The translations under genes and the position numbers were made by a program. The notes below the pieces were generated by a model. That model did not search any database, was not told the DNA's origin, and saw only the letters and a program-made list of their open reading frames with translations. 64,000 nucleotides of DNA, taken from the NCBI GenBank assembly GCA_030826265.1, contig JAPJOH010000010.1:1886-65885 (forward strand), in the 5' to 3' direction. Of the stretch, positions 44,831 to 54,393 are shown piece by piece. Position 1 is the stretch's first letter; the number at the start of each line of letters is the position of its first letter. Origin of the DNA: Collinsella aerofaciens. GTDB lineage: Bacteria; Actinomycetota; Coriobacteriia; Coriobacteriales; Coriobacteriaceae.

Positions 44831-46174
44831 CTAGTTGGCCATGACGCCTTCGGTCCAGGCCTCGACGTCCTCGATGCGCAGGACGTTGGCGACCTCGGCC
44901 ACGCAGTCGACGCTGGTAAGCTCGGCGGCGGCAGCCTGGACGTCCTTCTCGAGCGCGCGGTGCGTCAGGAAGATGACCGAGCAGGTATCGCTGGCGCCCG
45001 ACTTGCCGTCCTCGACCTGGTTGATGAGCGAGATCGAGATGTTGTGCTTGGCAAAGATGTCGACCGTCTCGGACAGGGCGCCCACGCGGTCGGCGACCTT
45101 CAGGCGCACATAGTACTTGGTCTGGAGCTCGTCCATGGGCTTAAAGGCGAGGTTGTGACCATAGGGCTCAATCTCGGGCAGCGGAGCCACGCCGCGGCTG
45201 ATCTGCTCGGAGAGCGACAGGATGTCGCCCACGACGGCACTCGCGGTGGGGAAGGAGCCTGCGCCGGCACCGTAGAACATGGTCTCGCCCACGGCGTCGC
45301 CTACCACGTAGACAGCGTTCATGGCGCCGTTGACCTTGGCGAGCATGTGGTCGGCGGGGATCAGCGTGGGATGCACGCGGACGTCGACGCCGGCGTCGGT
45401 GTTGCGGGCGATGCCGAGCAGCTTAATGGTGTAGCCGAGCTCGCGGGCCTGGGCGATGTCCTCGGCGCCGATGGTGCGGATACCCTGCTGGTACACATCG
45501 TCGGTGGTCACGCGGGTGCCAAAGCCGATGGAGGCGAGGATTGCCGTCTTGCTGGCGGCGTCGAAGCCGTCAACGTCGGCGGACGGGTCGGCTTCGGCAT
45601 AGCCCTTAGCCTGTGCGTCGGCGAGCACGTCGGCGTAATCGGCGCCCTCGGCGTCCATGCGTGACAGGATGTAGTTGGTGGTGCCGTTGAGGATGCCGGC
45701 GATGGTCAGGATCTTGTTGCCCACCAGGTCGTGCTCGAGCGTGCTCACGATGGGGATGCCACCGCCGCAGCTGGCCTCGCACTTAATCTGCACGCCGCAC
45801 GCGCGCGCCTTCTCGGCGAGCGTCTCGACATGGCGGCCCAGCAGAGCCTTGTTGGCAGAGACGACGTGCTTGCCGTTCTCGAAAGCGGTGGTGAAGATCT
45901 CGGTCGCGGGGTGCTCGCCGCCGATGAGCTCGACGACGATATCGACGGCGGGGTCCGTGACGACGTCATGCCAGTCGCTCGTAAAGGCCTCGCGCTCAAT
46001 GCCTGCCGCCTCGGCCTGCTCCCAGGCAAGCGCACAGGCGCGGGTCAGCTTAAGGTCGATGCCGTAGGCGGCCAGGTACTCATCGTGGTGGCTCTTGATT
46101 AGACGGGCCACGCCGCCGCCGACGGTTCCCAGACCGATGAGGCCGACGTTCACGGTGCGCAGGGGTTCGCTCAT
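44831..46174 (-). CDS. hom: Homoserine dehydrogenase with C-terminal ACT domain
   Basis: VGLIGLGTVGGGV NAD site, GILNGTTNYIL and a C-terminal ACT-like region. Confidence 0.92.
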   Translation of the reverse strand: MSEPLRTVNVGLIGLGTVGGGVARLIKSHHDEYLAAYGIDLKLTRACALAWEQAEAAGIEREAFTSDWHDVVTDPAVDIVVELIGGEHPATEIFTTAFENGKHVVSANKALLGRHVETLAEKARACGVQIKCEASCGGGIPIVSTLEHDLVGNKILTIAGILNGTTNYILSRMDAEGADYADVLADAQAKGYAEADPSADVDGFDAASKTAILASIGFGTRVTTDDVYQQGIRTIGAEDIAQARELGYTIKLLGIARNTDAGVDVRVHPTLIPADHMLAKVNGAMNAVYVVGDAVGETMFYGAGAGSFPTASAVVGDILSLSEQISRGVAPLPEIEPYGHNLAFKPMDELQTKYYVRLKVADRVGALSETVDIFAKHNISISLINQVEDGKSGASDTCSVIFLTHRALEKDVQAAAAELTSVDCVAEVANVLRIEDVEAWTEGVMAN

Positions 46175-46382
46175 AGATAGCTCCTTTGTGCATCTTATAG
46201 ATGGATTAACCGATTACAGGTTGAGTGCATTCTAGCGTGAACCGAGGGCGTGTGCTTGGCAGGTAGCGGGAGTCGCACAAAACGGCACTACCGAAACGCT
46301 GCGGAAACATTGGAAACACGCTCGCCACAAACGAACTTCCGTAACAAACTGTCAACGTTTGCACCATAAGGTTTGCCCTATG

Positions 46383-46486
46383 CGACTGGGGCATGCAGGC
46401 GCTCGTCGGCGTGGGATGACGAGGGCCAGGTCGAAAAGCCCGCTACGGCTTATGTGATCCAGGACGGCAAGTACATCGCCGCCTAA
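46383..46486 (+). pseudogene. Relic of a livJ-like substrate-binding protein gene (internal deletion)
   Basis: 46383-46410 matches 47083-47110 of the intact gene with 1 mismatch (DWGMQALVG). 46412-46486 encodes WDDEGQVEKPATAYVIQDGKYIAA*, against TWNDKGQVQKEPTAYVITDGKYVQA* at the end of the intact gene. The two pieces are out of frame. Confidence 0.7.
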
Positions 46487-46755
46487 GTGCATATAACGAG
46501 ACCGGTGGGGCCGTTTTATGCAGGGCAAGGACGCTTGTAACAGAACAGAAACATTACTTTCACATAATAAAGTGGCTAAACTGCATAAACCAACAGAAAT
46601 ACGCATGATTTTGGATAAATGGACAAAACAAAAGAAAAGTTGAAATAATCGCCACTTTTCTCAACTAAAGCGTCTACTATTTTGCGAACGCCGAACACGG
46701 CGAAGGATGGCCTGTCGGGTTACCGAAACCCGACGAGATTTGAGAGGAGAGCCGC

Positions 46756-47943
46756 ATGTCGAGCCTCACCGGTAAGTCATTGAACCCTGTTATGAATCGC
46801 AGGAGCGTTATCGCGAGCGCAGCAGGTCTGGGGGCGATGTCCATTCTAGCTGGTTGCTCCTCCAACGGCGGCGACAGCGGTTCCGCTTCGGGCGACGCTT
46901 CGTTTAAGATCGGCACCATCGGCCCGCTGACCGGCGCCAACGCGTCCTACGGCAAATCCGTTACCCAGGGTGTCGAGCTCGGCTGCAAGGATTTCTCGAC
47001 CAAGGAGCTGCCGCTTGCCAGCAAGGCCGAGGACGACCAGGCCGACGGCGAGAAGGCCGTCAACGCTTTGAATACCCTGCTCGACTGGGGCATGCAGGCC
47101 CTCGTCGGCCCGACCACCACGGGTGCGTCGGTTGCCGTTGCCGCAGAGTGCGGTAACGACCCCAAGACGTTCATGATCACCCCGTCCGCGTCCTCCGAGG
47201 ACGTCACCGACGGCAAGGATTGCGTCTTCCAGGTTTGCTTTACCGACCCCAACCAGGGTGTCAACGCTGCCAAGTTCCTGGCGCAGAAGTATGCGGACGA
47301 GAAGTTCGTGCTGTTCTATAACTCCGGCGACGCTTATTCTGCGGGTGTCGCAGATTCCTTTAAGGCCCAGGCCGCTGAGTCCAAGCTCGAGATTGTCGAC
47401 GAGGAGACCTTTAAGGACGACTCCGCCACGAGCTTTACCAACCAGCTGACCAAGGCCAAGCAGGCCGGCGCCACCATGATCTTTGCGCCGATCTACTACA
47501 CGCCGGCGTCCGTCCTGCTCAAGAACGCCAAGGACATGGGCTACGACGTCAAGATGATGGGCTGCGACGGCATGGACGGCATCCTGGGCGTTGAGGGCTT
47601 CGATACCTCTCTTGCCGAGGGTCTGCTGCTCATGACCCCGTTCTCCGCCGACGACGAGAAGAACGCCGACTTCGTCAACGCTTACAAGGATAAGTACGGC
47701 GATACTCCCGACCAGTTTGCCGCCGACGCCTACGACGGCGTGCACGCGGTGGCCGAGGCCGTCAAGGAGGCCGGTCTTGGTGTCGACGCCGATCCGACCG
47801 AGGTCGCCGAGAAACTGTCGAAGGCTATGCTCAAGATTACCGTTGACGGTCTGACCGGCAAGCTCACCTGGAACGATAAGGGTCAGGTCCAGAAGGAGCC
47901 CACGGCGTACGTCATCACCGACGGCAAGTACGTACAGGCCTAA
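46756..47943 (+). CDS. ABC transporter substrate-binding lipoprotein (branched-chain amino acid / LivJ-like)
   Basis: Lipobox SILAGC|SS. Type I periplasmic binding fold (IGTIGPLTG...). Followed by livHMGF-like genes. Confidence 0.88.
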   Translation: MSSLTGKSLNPVMNRRSVIASAAGLGAMSILAGCSSNGGDSGSASGDASFKIGTIGPLTGANASYGKSVTQGVELGCKDFSTKELPLASKAEDDQADGEKAVNALNTLLDWGMQALVGPTTTGASVAVAAECGNDPKTFMITPSASSEDVTDGKDCVFQVCFTDPNQGVNAAKFLAQKYADEKFVLFYNSGDAYSAGVADSFKAQAAESKLEIVDEETFKDDSATSFTNQLTKAKQAGATMIFAPIYYTPASVLLKNAKDMGYDVKMMGCDGMDGILGVEGFDTSLAEGLLLMTPFSADDEKNADFVNAYKDKYGDTPDQFAADAYDGVHAVAEAVKEAGLGVDADPTEVAEKLSKAMLKITVDGLTGKLTWNDKGQVQKEPTAYVITDGKYVQA

Positions 47944-48082
47944 TAGGCCGCCTTACATAGAGCGGTTTTGATCCCAAGCAGGGGAGGTTTTGGCCTTCCC
48001 TGCTTGCTTGGTATCTAGGGACGATGTAACGTCCCTGTTTCATACATCAACTGGAAACCTATTCGAAAGGGGGATGTGGAAC

Positions 48083-48964
48083 ATGACGGTCTTTATCCAA
48101 TACCTGGTCAACGGCCTGTCCATGGGCAGCGTCTACGCCATCATCGCGTTGGGCTACACCATGGTCTACGGTATCGCCAAGATGCTGAACTTCGCTCACG
48201 GCGATGTCATCATGGTCGGTGCCTATGTCTCGTTCTGCGCCACGTCGTATCTCGGCCTCCCGGGCTGGGCATCTGTAGTTCTCTCTTGTGTGGTCTGTAC
48301 CGTTCTCGGTGTTCTCATCGAGGGTCTGGCCTATAAGCCGCTGCGCCAAGCAGGCCCGCTGGCCGTTCTGATCACGGCTATCGGCGTGTCTTACTTCCTG
48401 CAGAACGCCGCGCAGCTTCTGTGGGGCGCCACGCCCAAGAACTTCACTTCGCTCGTCACCTTCCAGGTGCCGGAGTTCTTGGCCAAGTTCAACGTAAGCG
48501 CCGTCTCGCTCGTCACCATCGTCGCCTGCCTGGTTATCATGGCCGGCCTGATGTTCTTTACAGGTAAGACCAAGATGGGCAAAGCCATGCGCGCCGTGTC
48601 CGAGGACAAGGCCGCCGCTCAGCTCATGGGCATCAACGTCAACCGCACCATCTCGATGACGTTTGCCATCGGCTCTGCCCTTGCCGCCATCGCCGGCGTG
48701 CTCCTGTGCTCCTACTCGCCGGTGCTGCAGCCCACGACGGGTGCCATGCCTGGCATCAAGGCCTTCGACGCCGCCGTCTTCGGTGGCATCGGCTCCATCC
48801 CCGGCGCCTTTGTCGGTGGCATTCTCATCGGTATCATCGAGGCGATGGCGCAGGCCTACATTTCCACGAGCCTTGCCAACTCCATCGTCTTTGGTGTTCT
48901 GATCATCGTCCTGCTCGTCAAGCCTGCCGGCCTCTTGGGCAAGTACGTCCCCGAGAAGGTGTAG
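48083..48964 (+). CDS. livH: Branched-chain amino acid ABC permease
   Basis: QYLVNGLSMGSVYAIIALGYTMVYG is typical LivH. GAAAGGGGG RBS. Confidence 0.88.
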   Translation: MTVFIQYLVNGLSMGSVYAIIALGYTMVYGIAKMLNFAHGDVIMVGAYVSFCATSYLGLPGWASVVLSCVVCTVLGVLIEGLAYKPLRQAGPLAVLITAIGVSYFLQNAAQLLWGATPKNFTSLVTFQVPEFLAKFNVSAVSLVTIVACLVIMAGLMFFTGKTKMGKAMRAVSEDKAAAQLMGINVNRTISMTFAIGSALAAIAGVLLCSYSPVLQPTTGAMPGIKAFDAAVFGGIGSIPGAFVGGILIGIIEAMAQAYISTSLANSIVFGVLIIVLLVKPAGLLGKYVPEKV

Positions 48965-50053
48965 GTGAGCGTTATGAAGTTCCTTAAAGACAAGCAGACG
49001 CGTCACGATTTTGTCACGTACGCTATGTGCATCTTGGCCTTCGCCATCGTGTTCATTATGCAGTCCAACCATATGATCCCGCGCATGATCGCCGGTCAGC
49101 TGGTTCCCATCACGGCCTACATCGTCATGGCCATCTCCCTTAACCTCGTCGTCGGCATCGCGGGCGACCTGTCGTTGGGCCACGCGGGCTTTATGAGCGT
49201 CGGCGCCTACACGGGCATCGTCACCGCGGTCGCCCTCGAGAGCGCCGTTCCCTCCGACCCGATGCGTCTTGTCATCAGCATTGTGGTCGGCGCCATCGCT
49301 GCCGCCATCTTGGGCTTCTTGATCGGCATCCCGGTCCTTCGCCTGAGCGGCGATTACCTGGCTATCGTGACGCTGGCCTTTGGCGAGATCATCAAAGAGA
49401 TCGTCACTTGCCTTATCGTGGGTGTCGACTCGCGCGGCCTGCACGTGATCTTTAACATCACGGGCAACTCTACGATCGACGACCTGCACCTGCTCGAGGA
49501 CGGCACCGCCATCATCAAGGGCGCCCAGGGCGCCTCGGGCGTGTCGACGTACTCGACCTTCCTCGCCGGTGCCATCCTGGTCATGGTCGCACTCGTGATC
49601 GTGCTCAACCTGGTTCGCAGCCGTACCGGCCGTGCCATTATGGCCGTGCGCGATAATAAGATTGCAGCCGAGTCCGTAGGCATCTCCGTCACCGAGTACC
49701 GCATGATCGCCTTCGTGGTTTCCGCTGCCCTCGCCGGTGCTGCCGGAGCCCTGTTCGGCGGTAACTTCTCGCAGCTCTCCGCCACCAAGTTCGACTTCAA
49801 CACGTCGATTCTCATCCTGGTGTTCGTGGTTCTGGGCGGCCTGGGCAACATGCGCGGTTCCGTCATCGCGGCGGCGTTGCTCACGGTGCTTCCCGAGCTG
49901 CTCCGTCAGTTCTCGGACTACCGCATGCTCATCTACGCCATCGTGCTGATCCTGGTCATGATCTTTACCAACAACCCGCAGCTCAAGGCGTTCTTCGGTC
50001 GCGTCAAGGACCGCTTTGCTTCCAAGAAGGAGGTGGCAGCCGATGCCCAGTAA
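48965..50053 (+). CDS. livM: Branched-chain amino acid ABC permease
   Basis: LNLVVGIAGDLSLGHAGFMSVGAY is LivM-like. Start is GTG 48965 or ATG 48974. Confidence 0.85.
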   Translation: MSVMKFLKDKQTRHDFVTYAMCILAFAIVFIMQSNHMIPRMIAGQLVPITAYIVMAISLNLVVGIAGDLSLGHAGFMSVGAYTGIVTAVALESAVPSDPMRLVISIVVGAIAAAILGFLIGIPVLRLSGDYLAIVTLAFGEIIKEIVTCLIVGVDSRGLHVIFNITGNSTIDDLHLLEDGTAIIKGAQGASGVSTYSTFLAGAILVMVALVIVLNLVRSRTGRAIMAVRDNKIAAESVGISVTEYRMIAFVVSAALAGAAGALFGGNFSQLSATKFDFNTSILILVFVVLGGLGNMRGSVIAAALLTVLPELLRQFSDYRMLIYAIVLILVMIFTNNPQLKAFFGRVKDRFASKKEVAADAQ

Positions 50054-50903
50054 GTTTGAGTTCAACAAGGGCAAGATGGTCCCGTATCCTTCTGGCGCCA
50101 TCGTTCCCGACCGCGACCTGGGTCAGCGCCCAGCGCTCGAGTGCATCCACCTGGGCATTGAATTCGGCGGACTTAAGGCGGTCGACGACTTTAGCCTGAC
50201 CATCGGTAAGACCGAGATCGCCGGTCTCATCGGCCCCAACGGCGCCGGTAAGACCACGGTTTTCAACCTGCTCACCAAGGTGTACCAGCCCACGCACGGC
50301 ACCATCCTGCTCGACGGTGAGGACACCTCGGGCAAGTCGGTCTACCAGGTCAACCGCATGGGTATTGCCCGTACTTTCCAGAACATTCGCCTGTTCAACA
50401 CCATGACGGTGGAGGATAACGTTAAGGTCGGCCTGCACAACCAGGAGCGCTACTCCGGCTTTGAGGGCGTGCTGCGCCTGCCGACGTATTGGAAGCACGA
50501 GAAGGCCGCCCACGAGCGCGCCATGGAACTGCTGTCCATCTTTGATATGGAGCATCTGGCAAACGAGCAGGCCGGCTCGCTGCCTTACGGCGCTCAGCGT
50601 CGTCTGGAGATCGTCCGCGCGCTTGCCACCAACCCCAAGCTACTGCTGCTCGACGAGCCTGCCGCCGGCATGAACCCGTCCGAGACCGCGGAGCTCATGG
50701 AGAACATCGTCAAGATTCGCGACACCTTTGGCATTGCCATCATGCTTATCGAGCATGATATGTCGCTCGTTATGAACATCTGCGAGGGCATCTGCGTGCT
50801 TAACTTTGGTAAGGTCATCGCCAAGGGCACGGCCGAGGAAATCCAGAACAACGACGCCGTTATCGAGGCATATCTGGGCAAGCAGGATAAGGGGGAGAAC
50901 TAA
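50043..50903 (+). CDS. livG: ABC transporter ATP-binding protein
   Basis: GPNGAGKTT, LPYGAQRRLEI and LLLDEPAAG. Overlaps livM by 11 nt. Confidence 0.9.
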   Translation: MPSKFEFNKGKMVPYPSGAIVPDRDLGQRPALECIHLGIEFGGLKAVDDFSLTIGKTEIAGLIGPNGAGKTTVFNLLTKVYQPTHGTILLDGEDTSGKSVYQVNRMGIARTFQNIRLFNTMTVEDNVKVGLHNQERYSGFEGVLRLPTYWKHEKAAHERAMELLSIFDMEHLANEQAGSLPYGAQRRLEIVRALATNPKLLLLDEPAAGMNPSETAELMENIVKIRDTFGIAIMLIEHDMSLVMNICEGICVLNFGKVIAKGTAEEIQNNDAVIEAYLGKQDKGEN

Positions 50904-51617
50904 ATGGCAGAGCCGATGCTTTCCGTCTACAACATCAACGTCTGGTACGGCGCCATCCACGCCATCAAGGACATCTCCTTTAACGTCAACGAGGGCGAGA
51001 TCGTTGCTCTGATCGGTGCGAACGGTGCTGGTAAGTCCACAACGCTCAAGACCGTCTCGGGCCTGCTGCGCTCCAAGACCGGCTCCATCAAGTTTATGGG
51101 CGAGGACATTACCCATACGCCCGCCGATAAGCTGGTTGGTAAGGGCCTGGCTCAGGTCCCCGAGGGCCGTCGCGCCTTTTTGCAGATGACGGTCGAGGAG
51201 AACCTGGAGATGGGCGCCTATACACAGCCCAAGTCCACGGTCGCTCCGGGCCTTGAGCGTGTCTACGAGCAGTTCCCGCGCCTTAAGGAGCGCCGTCGCC
51301 AGGTCGCCGGCACCCTTTCGGGCGGCGAGCAGCAGATGCTCGTTATGGGCCGCGCTCTTATGAGCAACCCCAAGCTGCTCATGCTCGACGAGCCTTCCAT
51401 GGGCCTGGCGCCGATTCTGATTGAGCAGATCTTCCAGATTGTCGAGGACCTGCACAAGGCCGGCACCACGGTGCTCCTGGTCGAGCAGAACGCGCAGATG
51501 GCGCTCTCGATTGCTACGCGCGGCTACGTGCTCGAGACCGGCAAGATCACCATGACCGGCACGGGTCAAGAGCTCCTGCACGACGATAACGTCCGCAAGG
51601 CTTACCTCGGAGGCTAG
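50904..51617 (+). CDS. livF: ABC transporter ATP-binding protein
   Basis: GANGAGKST, LSGGEQQML and LMLDEPSMGL. Confidence 0.9.
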   Translation: MAEPMLSVYNINVWYGAIHAIKDISFNVNEGEIVALIGANGAGKSTTLKTVSGLLRSKTGSIKFMGEDITHTPADKLVGKGLAQVPEGRRAFLQMTVEENLEMGAYTQPKSTVAPGLERVYEQFPRLKERRRQVAGTLSGGEQQMLVMGRALMSNPKLLMLDEPSMGLAPILIEQIFQIVEDLHKAGTTVLLVEQNAQMALSIATRGYVLETGKITMTGTGQELLHDDNVRKAYLGG

Positions 51618-51631
51618 CCAATCCAACAAAA

Positions 51632-51666
51632 GGGGCGCTGACTATCCCGGTCAGCGCCCCTTTTTT
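51632..51666 (+). terminator. Intrinsic terminator of the liv operon
   Basis: GGGGCGCTGAC-7 nt-GTCAGCGCCCC followed by TTTTTT. Confidence 0.9.
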
Positions 51667-51667
51667 A

Positions 51668-51758
51668 AGTTGCGGTGAAATAGGGACTAATTGGGGGTTC
51701 CAGACGCCAAAACAGTCCCTATTCCACCGCAACTTCATTGGGGCGTGCGACGATGACC
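51668..51758. repeat. Palindromic ~90-bp repeat element, copy A
   Basis: Arms AGTTGCGGTGAAATAGGGACT ... AGTCCCTATTCCACCGCAACT (21 nt, 1 mismatch) plus a conserved tail TCATTGGGGCGTGCGACGATGACC. Aligns with copy B. Confidence 0.75.
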
Positions 51759-51785
51759 TTCCCAAATTAGCACCCCTGCACCAAG

Positions 51786-51825
51786 CCAAGGCGCCGTTCC
51801 GGAATGTGTCGGAACGGCGCCTTGG
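51786..51825 (-). terminator. Strong stem-loop downstream of the 529-aa gene
   Basis: CCAAGGCGCCGTTCCG-8 nt-CGGAACGGCGCCTTGG, a perfect 16-bp stem with no U tract. Confidence 0.5.
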
Positions 51826-51853
51826 TGGTTGGGGTCTATTAGGTTTTTGTTCG

Positions 51854-53443
51854 CTAGTCTACCTTTTGTCCGCATGTGGGGCAGAACTGGGCTTCGGGCA
51901 CGAGCGGGGTTCCGCAGTGACGGCAGAAGCGGGCGGGCTCGGCCGGAGTTGCCGGCATCGCCGGTGCCGCGGGCACTGCGGCGTTCTGCTGGGCGCGCTT
52001 CTGGCGACGACGCTGCTTACGCTGAAGCTTGGGCGCTGAGGCAGCCACTCCGTTCGCTGCCTTCGCGTGCTTCTTGCGGATGCAAAGAACGACAATCACA
52101 CCGCCGACGATAAGGACAATAGCGACACCGCCGCCAATAACAAACGGCAGGTGAGTCTGGACAAAGTGCAGCACATCCTCGGGCACCGAATGGGGGATAT
52201 TGGACTTATAGATGTTCACGTGGACCGTCGCAGGGTCGTTTTCATCGTTATAGGTTTCCAAAATCCTACGATCACCGTCCATGAACCAAAGATCGGACCA
52301 ATGAGAGCCAAACTCGCTCTTTGCTCCGGTTTTTGCATCAGCTAGGCATGCCGAGTCTTTGTCACCATCTGTGCTTACTCCGAGCAGGGCCTTACCGTCA
52401 TGTGAGATGTCTTTGAGGTATCCACCGCCGAAGGGGAAGGCGGTCGAGCTAATAATCTCTTCCTTTCCCAAATCATAGACGCCAACGTTTGCATCATTAT
52501 CGTTTAGGTCGTAATAACCTTCAGCCTCTTCAAATAGCTCGTTTGACCCTCTTTTTATATAGATTGGGTAGAACTTGACTGATTCCGAGTAGAAATTATT
52601 AGGAGCATGCTCATCGTCATTGAGAAGAACGCTCATGTTTCCGTCGCGGTCAGCTTTTATTAGTGCAATGTCGCTCTGAAGATAAATGTCGTCCGAGTTA
52701 GAACTGAGGGTAATGTTGTAGATATTCGAAGACCTATTATCCTTTTTTACGTTGACGGTCTTTAATTCTGTTGACCCTGTATCACAGTTGAAAACCCTAA
52801 GTGCAACGACGCCGTCCTCGGTATTGTCCTGTAAGGCATATAGGCGGCTCATGTCTTTTGAGTAACTGTAGTACCACCAAGAGTCATCTTTATCTGGCTG
52901 GTATGTCTGGACCAGTTTGTCGGATTCAAGATCATAGATTTCGACCAATTTAGGATCGTCTTCATCGTCATAGTGCTCCACAGCAGCCCTATTGCCATCA
53001 TCGGAGACGGTTACATCGGTGTAGGCATATTTGGCCGAAGTGATGGGATGGACTGTTTGGGTCTGGTTGTCTGGTGAGAATACGAATAAATTATTACCGT
53101 CTTCCCAGTAGAGCTGATCGCTATCGGTGAGATATGCGTAATCAAGGCATTCATCTGATATATCGATGGGGCTCATGCTGCCATCATCGAAATTGATAAG
53201 GGATATTGTCTTTCGGTTGAAATCGTCATCGCAGTCGTACAGATAGCCGAACTTTGTATGGCCGTTCGTGCGGATATCCGAGTATTCACTACTTACCTTA
53301 AAGTTATACGACTTCTCAAGCTCAGGCGTCGGTACGCTACCGCCGGCTAATGCTGCTGGAGGGGCTGCGAGCGGAGACAGGGCTGCGATCAGGCCGATGG
53401 CGACTGCTGCGATCCTTCCGCTCTTTTGGATGCTCTTAAACAT
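51854..53443 (-). CDS. Type I membrane protein: signal peptide, repeat-rich (propeller-like) ectodomain, TM helix, basic linker, C-terminal zinc ribbon
   Basis: Signal peptide ...LAAPPAALA; D/N/Y-rich repetitive ectodomain; TM LPFVIGGGVAIVLIVGGVIVVLCI. Then RKKHAK...QRKQRRRQKR and CRHCGTPLVPEAQFCPTCG. GGAAAGGA RBS. The coding sequence is markedly AT-richer than its neighbours. Confidence 0.75.
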   Translation of the reverse strand: MFKSIQKSGRIAAVAIGLIAALSPLAAPPAALAGGSVPTPELEKSYNFKVSSEYSDIRTNGHTKFGYLYDCDDDFNRKTISLINFDDGSMSPIDISDECLDYAYLTDSDQLYWEDGNNLFVFSPDNQTQTVHPITSAKYAYTDVTVSDDGNRAAVEHYDDEDDPKLVEIYDLESDKLVQTYQPDKDDSWWYYSYSKDMSRLYALQDNTEDGVVALRVFNCDTGSTELKTVNVKKDNRSSNIYNITLSSNSDDIYLQSDIALIKADRDGNMSVLLNDDEHAPNNFYSESVKFYPIYIKRGSNELFEEAEGYYDLNDNDANVGVYDLGKEEIISSTAFPFGGGYLKDISHDGKALLGVSTDGDKDSACLADAKTGAKSEFGSHWSDLWFMDGDRRILETYNDENDPATVHVNIYKSNIPHSVPEDVLHFVQTHLPFVIGGGVAIVLIVGGVIVVLCIRKKHAKAANGVAASAPKLQRKQRRRQKRAQQNAAVPAAPAMPATPAEPARFCRHCGTPLVPEAQFCPTCGQKVD

Positions 53444-53586
53444 GGCAATCCTTTCCTCTAAATACGAATGCGATACTGCCATGGTTGCCTAAGATTCGCG
53501 AATCATGTTGCGCAACATTCGGCATCGGCAACATTTTTCGGCCAGCCGTAATGATTCGTTTTCCTCCGTCCCCGAGGGATCATTTG

Positions 53587-53677
53587 AGTTGCGGTGAAAT
53601 AGGGACTGAATACGGGCTCCAGAGGCCAAAACAGTCTCTATTCCACCACAACTTCATGGGGATGTGTGACAATGCCC
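53587..53677. repeat. Palindromic ~90-bp repeat element, copy B
   Basis: Arms AGTTGCGGTGAAATAGGGACT ... AGTCTCTATTCCACCACAACT plus the tail TCATGGGGATGTGTGACAATGCCC. Same orientation as copy A. Confidence 0.75.
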
Positions 53678-53712
53678 GTCGGAAAACATCTGCTGTCTTT
53701 GGGGGCCTATCT

Positions 53713-54390
53713 ATGCTGTACGAGTTTTGTGCCGAGAACTTTGAGCGAGTGCCGGCGGCCATCGAGGCCGGTGCGGGGCGCATTGAGCTGTGTGACAACC
53801 TCGCCGTCGGTGGCACCACGCCTTCCGCCGGCGTTATTAGCGCTACAGTCAGCTACGCTCACGAGCATGACGCGCGAGTGATGTGCATGATTCGCCCGCG
53901 TGGTGGCGACTTTCATTACAACCAGGACGAGCTGCGCATGATGGAGATGGACCTGGGCCTTGCTGTGAGCGCCGGCGTTGACGGCCTGGTCTTTGGCTGC
54001 TGCAAGCCCTGTGCCGGCGGCTGGGCGCTCGACGAGCTCACCCTCGGCGCTCTCGTTATGGCTACGGGCTGCGCGACCGAGGAGTGTAAGCGCGAGTCCC
54101 TTGACATCACCTTCCACATGGCATTTGACCAGCTCTCGCCCGAAGCTCAGCTCGATGCGATTGATACACTTGTCGACTGCGGCGTCACGCGCATTCTTAC
54201 GCACGGTGGTGCTGCCGGTACGCCGATCGAGGACAACTTCGAAAACCTGGCTCGTTTAATCGAGTATGCGGGCGATCGTTTGACCATCCTTCCCGGCGGC
54301 GGCATCACTACGGCAAATCGCGACGCGGTCGCGGCGGCGCTAGGCGTCTCCGAGCTCCATGGCACCAAGATCGTGCCGCTGGAGGTATAA
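53713..54390 (+). CDS. cutC: CutC family copper homeostasis protein
   Basis: MLYEFCAENFERVPAAIEAGAGRIELCDNLAVGGTTPS and MIRPRGGDF are typical of CutC. Confidence 0.85.
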   Translation: MLYEFCAENFERVPAAIEAGAGRIELCDNLAVGGTTPSAGVISATVSYAHEHDARVMCMIRPRGGDFHYNQDELRMMEMDLGLAVSAGVDGLVFGCCKPCAGGWALDELTLGALVMATGCATEECKRESLDITFHMAFDQLSPEAQLDAIDTLVDCGVTRILTHGGAAGTPIEDNFENLARLIEYAGDRLTILPGGGITTANRDAVAAALGVSELHGTKIVPLEV

Positions 54391-54393
54391 CCC

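Noticed and set aside
48059-50101. 680-aa minus-strand ORF over livH/livM
   Set aside because: D/G/R/H-rich antisense frame. The plus strand encodes typical LivH/LivM permeases.
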